This document shows, one piece after another, positions 20,787 through 28,620 of a DNA stretch of 64,000 nt. Source of the DNA: an uncultured Chloroflexia bacterium (GTDB taxonomy: Bacteria > Chloroflexota > Chloroflexia > QHBQ01 > JADMIH01); the NCBI GenBank assembly GCA_963797095.1, contig CAWCNY010000005.1:160001-224000 (forward strand). Reading direction: 5' to 3'. The notes beneath the pieces are model-generated. The model worked only from the letters and a program-made list of their open reading frames with translations, ran no database searches and was not told the origin of the DNA. Positions within the stretch are counted from its first letter, which is position 1. The number at the start of each line of letters is the position of its first letter. Position numbers and translations under genes: made by a program.

Positions 20787-21626
20787 ATGCTTAAGAAATC
20801 ACTGCCACTCGTTCTCATTTCTGCGATCGCGATTGTACTCATTACTACCTATCAGCCAATGTCTCTCGTTCAGTCAATTACCAAAAGTCAACCGGAACAG
20901 GTGCAAAGTACAGACACCGCAACATGTCAACGCTTCAACGAGACTGGTTTCCAAGTGTGTGGGAGGCTATTAGCTTATTGGTATAAGTATGGCGGGCTAC
21001 AGCAGTTCGGTTATCCGGTCAGCGAACCTTTCAAAGAGATCTCCGAAGTGGATGGAGAGGAGCATACTGTACAATACTTCGAGCGTGCAGTATTCGAGTT
21101 ACATCCCAAGAACCAGCCACCTTATGACTTATTGCTCTCCCAGTTGGGAAGACAGAAGTACCAGCAAAAATATCCGTCCGGCACCTCAGGTACTGAATGG
21201 ACAGGAGATCCACAACCAGATCTCAACATAAGCAAGCAATTACGCACCGGAATCAATATCAAGCTGATACGGGCAGAGCAAGGCGCAATAACTGGATTAT
21301 ACTCTGGATACTGTGGGCTCCAGATGACGTGGGTACTGCAAATCGAAAACACAGGCAACACACCCTTTGATGCAGAACTGGATACGGGAAATCTGAGGAT
21401 GGCAGACAGCACTGGCAAGAGCTATTCCCCCACTCGTGAGTGTGGCGGAAGCTCTGTTACTCCTTATAGTGGGTCATTTGCGCAACCTACTCGTATGATG
21501 CCCGGTGACATCCTGAGAGGTACGATAGCTTTCAATGCTAGTGACATTCCGTTGAGCGCATCCTACTTTCAAATCAGAGTCAACTTCTCAGGTATGCCAG
21601 TTGAGTTTCGGTATATGCTACCATAG
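20787..21626 (+). CDS. Secreted protein with GGxxxFGYP/QYFER surface repeat and a C-terminal beta-rich (Ig-like?) domain
   Basis: AAAGGAGG RBS; signal/TM; FNETG...YGGLQQFGYPVSE...VQYFERAVFELHP. Confidence 0.82.
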   Translation: MLKKSLPLVLISAIAIVLITTYQPMSLVQSITKSQPEQVQSTDTATCQRFNETGFQVCGRLLAYWYKYGGLQQFGYPVSEPFKEISEVDGEEHTVQYFERAVFELHPKNQPPYDLLLSQLGRQKYQQKYPSGTSGTEWTGDPQPDLNISKQLRTGINIKLIRAEQGAITGLYSGYCGLQMTWVLQIENTGNTPFDAELDTGNLRMADSTGKSYSPTRECGGSSVTPYSGSFAQPTRMMPGDILRGTIAFNASDIPLSASYFQIRVNFSGMPVEFRYMLP

Positions 21627-21849
21627 CTACCAGGATAACCCAGATGAGCATAATATCAACAAGTCTGGCAATGCAGTGATTATATGAAACGGATGTGGAT
21701 GAAAGGCTCGACATTTCGGCCCTACTCCAACCATGTCAGCCCACAATCCCTGAAAACTCTACTCTTGGTTGAGCCCATTCAAAACCGGGGGCGGGAGGAC
21801 AGGCGTACAACACTTACGCTGCGCATTGCTGATCCTCTACCTTTGGTGG

Positions 21850-22037
21850 CGCTGCCATACCAAGCCAAAAGAGAAGGTGACATTGTCTGAACAACGGCGA
21901 ATGTTCAGGCAGAGATTTGGTGCCCTGCAATACCTGTTGATGGCGACCTAAGGGCACATACTGGTTGTAGTACAGCCATGGCTAAGGCGCCCAAGACGCG
22001 ACAGAGGGGATGGCGAGTTCCCAGTCCTGACACTTCC
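21850..22037 (+). mobile_element. IS6-family remnant (3' end and terminal IR), inverted relative to 15774-16794
   Basis: KEKVTLSEQRRMFRQRFGALQYLLMAT* resembles the first copy's C-terminus REKLSLSEQRQLFLRRFGAL*NMLMAA*; both end in CTGACACTTCC. Left boundary approximate. Confidence 0.75.
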
Positions 22038-22618
22038 ATCCTAGGGCCCAACAGCGTCGATATCCTCAAAACTGTTTGAATCCGGCCCCGGATTCGGGCC
22101 GGTAACTATTATCCAGCCTGGCGTGCAGCTAGGTGTGGCAGTAGGCCTGTTGCTAAGATTACGACGAAAAGCTACATCGTGCTAGATAACCAGACAGATT
22201 CGAGTGTGAATCAGTTGGTCAATGTCTGCTCAAACGCCAACTTTGAGCAGATGCAACGGCAAACGTTGTCCGGTAGTTATCTGGCACCCTGGAGCGTCAC
22301 AACAGCGCAGTTATCTTGTGCGTTGTAGGATTCCGTCAGGATCTTAGCAACAGGCCAATAACTGGGGGATCTTTCCCGGTAGATAATGCTACAAGCTATA
22401 ACTTGCTTGTTAATGGTGGAGCAATTGCAGCAGGACTTAACCGCACGCTAATGTTGAAGTTTCTTGTGTTTGACCGTTCACTACTGCAAGAAGGTGCGAC
22501 GTTGGGCGTGGTTGCCTCACCACCGAGAACCCTGCCGTCACCAGGCGACAACACACTGCCTGAACGGCTCCATTTCCAACCCTAGCAAAGGGGAGTAGAG
22601 ATGAAGACAAGCCATCGT

Positions 22619-23194
22619 TCATGAGGTCATGGAAGCCTGAAGGTAGCGATAAACCGTCGCTTTGGAGACGCCATATTCCTTCATCAGGGTTCGGATCGTC
22701 GTCCCTTGCTGCCGCTTGGTTTGCATATCGGCAATCTGCTGCGCCTTCAAGGTCTTGCGCCGACCAAACGGCACGCCTCGCGCTTTGGCCTTCGCAATGC
22801 CATCCATTTGACGTTCGGCACGGAGCTCTGTCTCAAATTGGCTAATAGCTCCCAACATATTAAACAGTAGCCGTCCGGTGGCATCGTTGGTATTGATTTG
22901 CTGATCCAGCACCTGCAATTGAACTCCTTTGCGTGCGAGCTGTTCAGCAATCTGACACAGATGAAGTGTTGAACGCGCCAGGCGGTCCAGGCGGGTAATG
23001 ACTAGTGTATCGCCTTCACGGGCGTACTCTAGGCAGGCCACCAAGCGTGGGCGTCTATCCGACGTGCCTGTACCACCTGTGCTTGTAGCACTGCGCTTCT
23101 CCTCAAAGAGCTTGTCGCAGTGCTTCAGTTTATCTTGTTGGACTTCGAGACTCTGGCCCACCGAGCTGACCCGGGCATAACCAATCAACGCCAT
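22619..23194 (-). CDS. tnpR: Serine recombinase (resolvase) with C-terminal HTH
   Basis: IGYARVSS catalytic Ser, RLDRLAR, FETELRAERQ, GVSKATVYRYL. Confidence 0.96.
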   Translation of the reverse strand: MALIGYARVSSVGQSLEVQQDKLKHCDKLFEEKRSATSTGGTGTSDRRPRLVACLEYAREGDTLVITRLDRLARSTLHLCQIAEQLARKGVQLQVLDQQINTNDATGRLLFNMLGAISQFETELRAERQMDGIAKAKARGVPFGRRKTLKAQQIADMQTKRQQGTTIRTLMKEYGVSKATVYRYLQASMTS

Positions 23195-23399
23195 TGCATA
23201 CTCCTATACTCCTGTTGTCTTTCCTATCGATTCGTTTCTACTGTTGTCATTGTCTCGGAAGGTCTTAGACGCTATGATAACTGGATTATGAGACATATTC
23301 TGAGACGCGTCAAAGTGCTGGGACTTGATAGGATTTAATTGTATACTTTTTGAGACTTTGGGCGCTGACACGATTGTCCTCTCATAACGAAGGAGCAGT
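23195..23399. promoter_or_regulatory. Probable res site and divergent promoters
   Basis: Between divergent tnpR and tnpA as in Tn3; recurring TGAGAC/GTCTC half-site-like motifs; subsites not mapped. Confidence 0.6.
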
Positions 23400-26300
23400 G
23401 TGACCAATCTTGTGACAAACCTGGAAGTGGGTGAGGCCAAGGCCAGCGAGCCCAGCAAGACACCAAAGCGGCTATACATCCTCGATGACCAGGAAATCGA
23501 GGCCCTCTACGCTAGACCGCTCTTCACTGAAGACGATAGAATCCAAGCTTTCATGCTCACCCAGTCCGAGAAGGACCTACTCGCTTCCTTTTCACCCATT
23601 CACGTCCAGCTATACTTCATCCTCCAACTGGGCTACTTCAAAGCCAAACAGCTTTTCTTCACCTTTACCTTTCATGACGTTGCTAACGATGTGACGCACC
23701 TCCTCCAACGCTATTTCCCTGGGGTGCCACTCGACCCACTTGGGCCAGATAGGCCAGGTGGGTCGAGTGGCACTGATGGCCAACATGAACCACAGCCAAA
23801 ACTGCGCCCTCTCAATAAACGCACCATCCTCAAACAGCGGCAGCGTATCCTGGAACTGTTCCAGTATCGGCTCTGCACGCCTACGGACCGCAAGCGCTTG
23901 TTCCTTCGTGCCCAACAGGCCGCTCGCATCAGCAGCAAACCTGTCTATGTCTTTCGCGAGATACTTCACTATCTGACCGAACAGCGCATTGTCAGCCCCG
24001 GCTATACCGTACTCCAGGAGGAGATCGTCGGCAAGGCGCTAACTGCGGAAGCCAAGCGCTTGATGACCATGCTTCAGACAAAGTTGTCTCCCACTGTGTG
24101 TGTAGCGCTCGACCAACTCGTCGCTCTCGCCGAAACCGAGGGGCTCTATGCCATCACGCTGCTGAAACATCAGCCCAGAGACTTCAGCCTGGGAGAAATG
24201 CGCCGTGAAATAACCTGCGGCGAGCAACTCGCTCCGCTATACCATCTGGCCATGCAGATCGTGCCGCAGTTGGGCATCTCCAACGAAGCCATTACCTACT
24301 ACTCTTCCTTGGTCTCGTACTATTCCGTCTTCCGGCTCAAGCAACTGGACCCATGGATGGTGTACTTGTATCTGCTCTGTTTTATCGTCCATCGATATCA
24401 GTGCTTCTCGGACAATCTGCTCACCTGCTTCATTCATCTGGTGAAGCAGTACAATGATGAAGCCAAAACTGCCGCCAAGGAAGCGGTCTATCAGCAAAGG
24501 GTGCTAAACAACCGGGACTTGCCCAGGGCCGGCCAGGTTCTCAAGCTCTTCACGACCGATTACGCGCCGGAAACCTCATTCAGGGATGTCCAAGCCACAG
24601 CCTTTACCATGCTTGACCGTATGCGCTTGGCTGCGGTTGCGGACTACATTGCAGGGGAGGCGAGCTTTGACGAAACCGACCTTCAATGGGCGCATCTTGA
24701 CCTGATGGCTCGGCGCTTCAAGCAGCATTTACGTCCCATCCTACGAGCGGTCGATCTTGAGGCCACCCGTGCTAATGCCCCCATTCTGGAGGCAGGAGAG
24801 TTTCTCAAGATGGCCTTTCAAAAAGACCGCTCCCTCCGGCAGATAGATGCAGTGGACTTCCCTACCCACTTCATGCCGGTTCGAGACAAACGCTGCCTCT
24901 ATCACCGTCATACCCGCGATCAGCGTGATCGCGACCGTAACGGCACCGGCGCTACTGGCCACAAACAACTCAACCCTGACCGCTACGAGTTTCTTGTCTA
25001 TCGGCTACTACGCAATGGGTTGGAGGCCGGCGATCTCTATTGCCCCACCAGCGTGCGGTTCCGCAGTTTTGAGGATGATCTCATTGATGAACAGGAATGG
25101 CAACAAAACAAGGCCACCTTACTCACCGAAACGGGCTTGTCCTCTCTGTTACAACCCATCCAGGAGCATCTTGCTGACCTCGAATGTCAGTTGGAGGAGC
25201 GTATTGCCGCTGTCAACGCGCGCATCAGTGCCGGGGAGAACAGCCACTTTCAGATCAAGGGCAAGAGCAGGGATAAGGGAGGAGGCAGCCGCACGCCCCG
25301 GACGCGCTGGACCCTGCAGTATCCCAAAAGCACCGAGCCTATCAACCACCCTGTGTTCGACACGCTAGGCCAGGTCAATATTGCCAGTCTGCTCCATTTC
25401 GTTGACTGCCATTGCCACTTCATGGACTGCTTTGAGCATGTTCTCGGGCGTTATAGCAAACAAGAGGTTGATGATCGTATCACCCACGTGATCAGTGCCT
25501 GCCTTGTAGCATGGGGGACCAACATGGGCCTGGGGCGGATGGGCGAAATCTCCGACATTGGCTTCTACACGCTCGCACGCACCTCGGAGAACTTTCTACG
25601 CCTCGAAACTTTGAAAGCTGCCAACGATTGTGTGGCAAACGCCATCGCGGCCCTCCCTATCTTTCGGCAGTATGATCTGGGCGGTGTAGTCCATTCGAGT
25701 AGCGACGGGCAGAAGTTTGAGACAGCTGTGCCTACATTCAATGCCCGTCATTCGCCAAAGTACTTCGGCCTCAAAAAGGGGGTGGTTGCCTACACGCTGA
25801 TTGCCAACCATGTGCCGGTGAATGCAGACATGATAGGCGCTCACGACCATGAGAGCCGTTATGTCTTCGATCTGCTCTTCAACAACACAACGGACATTCA
25901 GCCCGAAGTACATTCCACAGATACCCACGGGACCAACCAGGTGAATTTCGCTCTGCTCTCCATTTTCGGCTACCAGTTTGCTCCGCGCTATGCTGGAATC
26001 GAGGAAAAGGTGCGCACCTCATTGTATGGCTTTGCGCATCCCAGCCAATACAGCGACGTGATCCTCAAACCGGTCCGCAAGCTGAATACAGAGTTGATCC
26101 TGGCGGAATGGGACAACCTGCGGAGGATCTTCGTTTCATTGGCACTGAAAACGACTACGCAGAGTATCATCGTGGGCAAACTCAACGCGTACGCTCGGAG
26201 AAACAAAACTCGCCAGGCTCTGTGGGAATACGACAATATCATCAGCAGTCTGTATCTGCTCGACTTTGTGGACTCGCCGCTCATACGCAAGAACGTGCAG

Positions 26301-26675
26301 AAGGCACTGAACCGGGGCGAGAATTATCATCAGTTGCGCCGAGCGGTCTCCTACGCCAACTTTGGGAAGCTACGCTTTAGGACCACAGAAGATCAAGGGC
26401 TGTGGCACGAGTGCAGTCGATTGATAACCAACTGCATCATCTTCTACAACACAAGCATTCTATCGGGGTTGTGGACACACAAAGAAGCTGCTGGGAATAT
26501 GGCGGGCGCCGAGTTGATCGCTCAGATCTCCCCAGTGGCGTGGCAGCACATCAATTTCCATGGACGCTATGAGTTCACCACCAGCCCGCAATCCATTGAC
26601 CTCGACGCGGTTGTGCAAGAACTTGCCGATCGCCCAATCATTGCAGTAGAGGAAGTGGAAGGGGAAGAGGAATAG
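23400..26675 (+). CDS. tnpA: Tn3-family transposase, apparently intact (1091 aa)
   Basis: AAGGAG RBS with GTG; LQLGYFK, SSSDGQKF, HSTDTHG, ALNRGENYHQL, ISPVAWQHINFHGRY. Confidence 0.97.
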   Translation: MTNLVTNLEVGEAKASEPSKTPKRLYILDDQEIEALYARPLFTEDDRIQAFMLTQSEKDLLASFSPIHVQLYFILQLGYFKAKQLFFTFTFHDVANDVTHLLQRYFPGVPLDPLGPDRPGGSSGTDGQHEPQPKLRPLNKRTILKQRQRILELFQYRLCTPTDRKRLFLRAQQAARISSKPVYVFREILHYLTEQRIVSPGYTVLQEEIVGKALTAEAKRLMTMLQTKLSPTVCVALDQLVALAETEGLYAITLLKHQPRDFSLGEMRREITCGEQLAPLYHLAMQIVPQLGISNEAITYYSSLVSYYSVFRLKQLDPWMVYLYLLCFIVHRYQCFSDNLLTCFIHLVKQYNDEAKTAAKEAVYQQRVLNNRDLPRAGQVLKLFTTDYAPETSFRDVQATAFTMLDRMRLAAVADYIAGEASFDETDLQWAHLDLMARRFKQHLRPILRAVDLEATRANAPILEAGEFLKMAFQKDRSLRQIDAVDFPTHFMPVRDKRCLYHRHTRDQRDRDRNGTGATGHKQLNPDRYEFLVYRLLRNGLEAGDLYCPTSVRFRSFEDDLIDEQEWQQNKATLLTETGLSSLLQPIQEHLADLECQLEERIAAVNARISAGENSHFQIKGKSRDKGGGSRTPRTRWTLQYPKSTEPINHPVFDTLGQVNIASLLHFVDCHCHFMDCFEHVLGRYSKQEVDDRITHVISACLVAWGTNMGLGRMGEISDIGFYTLARTSENFLRLETLKAANDCVANAIAALPIFRQYDLGGVVHSSSDGQKFETAVPTFNARHSPKYFGLKKGVVAYTLIANHVPVNADMIGAHDHESRYVFDLLFNNTTDIQPEVHSTDTHGTNQVNFALLSIFGYQFAPRYAGIEEKVRTSLYGFAHPSQYSDVILKPVRKLNTELILAEWDNLRRIFVSLALKTTTQSIIVGKLNAYARRNKTRQALWEYDNIISSLYLLDFVDSPLIRKNVQKALNRGENYHQLRRAVSYANFGKLRFRTTEDQGLWHECSRLITNCIIFYNTSILSGLWTHKEAAGNMAGAELIAQISPVAWQHINFHGRYEFTTSPQSIDLDAVVQELADRPIIAVEEVEGEEE

Positions 26676-26724
26676 CCGGAGCCAAATGCACCGTTTTGGG
26701 GGGATATGCAAAAACCCCCGTGGT

Positions 26725-26893
26725 GGTGATGCGCAAGGTATCAGGTGGTAGTCAATCGCCCAAGGGATCAGCCACCCGGATGACGTTGGCTACCCTGTTC
26801 GGCACCTGGCGAGCTAAGGGTCTCAACCCCTTCTTTGAGTGTTTCACCCTCCTCTCTCAACCCCAACCCCAGCCCCTCACACCCTTAATCTGA
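26725..26893 (+). pseudogene. IS66-family transposase, 3' part
   Basis: Joins 3087 in frame: NNLAERSIRPVVVMRKVSGGSQSPKGS...LATLFGTWRAKGLNPF. Confidence 0.92.
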
Positions 26894-27245
26894 ACGCTAT
26901 CAGGCCGTTGATATTAAAGATACGATGCGATGGGCTATCAAGGTTTCCTTATTCGAAGTCAATGTTGGCCCGCTCAGGCACTGAAAGGACATGATTTGAG
27001 ATTATCAGCCTGAAATCACACAACCTATTCTGACTGAGTGCGTTAATCATACATACACTCACAGTTACATTGACAGTTACGCCGGTCTGTGGAAAAAGGT
27101 GCTTACAACTCCCCGGCACGCTAACATAGGGCGTGAGCAGTTCTTCCGTTTTTAGAGGCAAACTGGGCAGCCTGAAATGGGCGTCGGGCTATGCAGTAAC
27201 CCTACTGTATTTTCCGTAATAGTACGAAAGAACTACTTGATTGTG

Positions 27246-27275
27246 TTGACAGGCGCGACGGGGATTCCCTATACT
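27246..27275 (+). promoter_or_regulatory. Sigma70-type promoter
   Basis: TTGACA-N18-TATACT. Confidence 0.65.
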
Positions 27276-27281
27276 TGGCAA

Positions 27282-27811
27282 AGCTAGAAGACGCAAATAT
27301 GCCAGCAGAGGTCACCATAAGCGGTACAAGTCACTTTTTTTTTACAGGCCTGCGTAGACCCTGCATCTACTGCCCACCCCCACTCCGGGTCCCGGTCACG
27401 CCATCTGCGCACCACGTCTTACACTTTCTCACAACCGGCAGCCGGTTTGAGGCAGCGTCGCCTCCCAGTGTTTCGCCCGAAACAGAGCCTGGTACTTCGT
27501 ACACCCCAACGCAACCTCAAAGCGATATGTGCACAAGATATGCGTGGCCGCACACGCAGCAGCGAGACTATTAAGGTGGCCTCAGCCGGAGGGCACAGTT
27601 AGCCTCGCGTCACGGCTTTGACTCCTCGACAGAGGGGTGAAGCAACCAAAATCGCCTCCGCACCACCGGTTGGCACGGTGGTCAGCACGAGCGGTAGGCG
27701 ATGCAGTACGGGCAAGCTTGAATTCTCAGATGAAAGCCAGGAAATCGCATTTCCAGCCCGTACCGAATGCCACTCGCGGCGCAAACGGTAAACACGAAAG
27801 GAGACATTTCA
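27282..27811 (+). ncRNA. Candidate long structured 5' leader or ncRNA
   Basis: At least seven stems between the promoter and the next RBS; no convincing ORF; family not recognised. Confidence 0.4.
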
Positions 27812-28597
27812 TTGAAGCTCAATAGACTGTTAATCCCGGTGGTGGCTGTGCTCCTCATCGCGGGGGCAGCCCTTATGCTCGGCGCCCAACCAAAGCCGAG
27901 TTTCCACGTGCCCCCAGGCGACCTTGTCGACTCGCCCAACGCCTCGTCGATGCAGGAAATGGCCCGTAAGCCGGTCCCTGACGCTCCGGCCCTGCCTGAT
28001 GGTAGTCAGGAGGGCGCAACCATAGAGAGTTTCGACGGAAGCTCAACCGACGGCTGGCAGGGCATCAACGAGTTGGAGGTAAACTGGATAGCCAGCGATG
28101 GCAGACTCCAGCAGAACATCCCCGTAAGCGAGGTACCGGGCGAGCAGAACGCCATGTTTGTCACGCGTGACACAAGTTTTGCTGACGGTTCGGTAGAGAC
28201 TTATTTCTACCCAACAGCCGGTTCGCCGCTCGGCATCGTCCTGCGCGGCTCGGCCAATGGCTACTATCGCGTGGTGTTCTACATGAACGTTAACACAAAT
28301 CAATTATCGAAGGCCGAAATCCAGCTTGTAACAACAAACAGCGATGGCAACACGCAGAGCAAGACCCTGACGCAAGCCGATTATGCTACATGGCGCGGTT
28401 ACGACCTCGAGCGTTGGACCCTAGCACAGGCCACCATCAAGGGGGACCGGATAGCGGTTTCCATAGATGGGCACGAGATCATGTCGGCCTCCGATGACAC
28501 GAACGCCTTTACTCAGGGCTGGGCGGGCGTATGGACCCAGTCCGATGGAGGCACCCAATTCGATAACATCCGCATCCAGCGTTCGGCTGGCCGCTAG
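27812..28597 (+). CDS. Secreted protein, probable concanavalin-like/DUF1080-type beta-sandwich
   Basis: GAAAGGAG RBS with TTG start; signal peptide; GIVLR...GYYRV, IAVSIDG, GWAGVW...FDNIRI. Confidence 0.75.
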   Translation: MKLNRLLIPVVAVLLIAGAALMLGAQPKPSFHVPPGDLVDSPNASSMQEMARKPVPDAPALPDGSQEGATIESFDGSSTDGWQGINELEVNWIASDGRLQQNIPVSEVPGEQNAMFVTRDTSFADGSVETYFYPTAGSPLGIVLRGSANGYYRVVFYMNVNTNQLSKAEIQLVTTNSDGNTQSKTLTQADYATWRGYDLERWTLAQATIKGDRIAVSIDGHEIMSASDDTNAFTQGWAGVWTQSDGGTQFDNIRIQRSAGR

Positions 28598-28620
28598 TCA
28601 AGGTAGGAGATAAGAGATTT

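Larger units (their letters stand above)
3088..26719. mobile_element. Tn3-family transposon, 23,632 bp, with cell-envelope cargo
   Basis: 33-bp perfect IRs GGGGGTTTTTGCATATCCCCCCAAAACGGTGCA (3088-3120; reverse complement at 26687-26719); 5-bp TSD GTGGT (3083-3087, 26720-26724); tnpR and tnpA at the right end. Confidence 0.96.
1504..26901 (+). mobile_element. Single-ORF IS66-family element (~1761 bp when empty) interrupted by a Tn3-family transposon
   Basis: 8-bp direct repeat AGGCCGTT at 1496-1503 and 26902-26909; imperfect terminal IRs GTATGCGGTCAGAC / GATAGCGTTCAGAT; transposase halves at both ends. Confidence 0.9.

Noticed and set aside
22316-22585. 89-aa ORF next to tnpR as a toxin or antitoxin
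   Set aside because: No RBS, TTG start, no toxin motif and no partner gene.
27635-27770. c-di-AMP (ydaO) riboswitch
   Set aside because: GGGGTGAA and CCGAA resemble it, but the GGGGGA 5' element and CAGCTAAC 3' element are missing; left as an unassigned structured leader.
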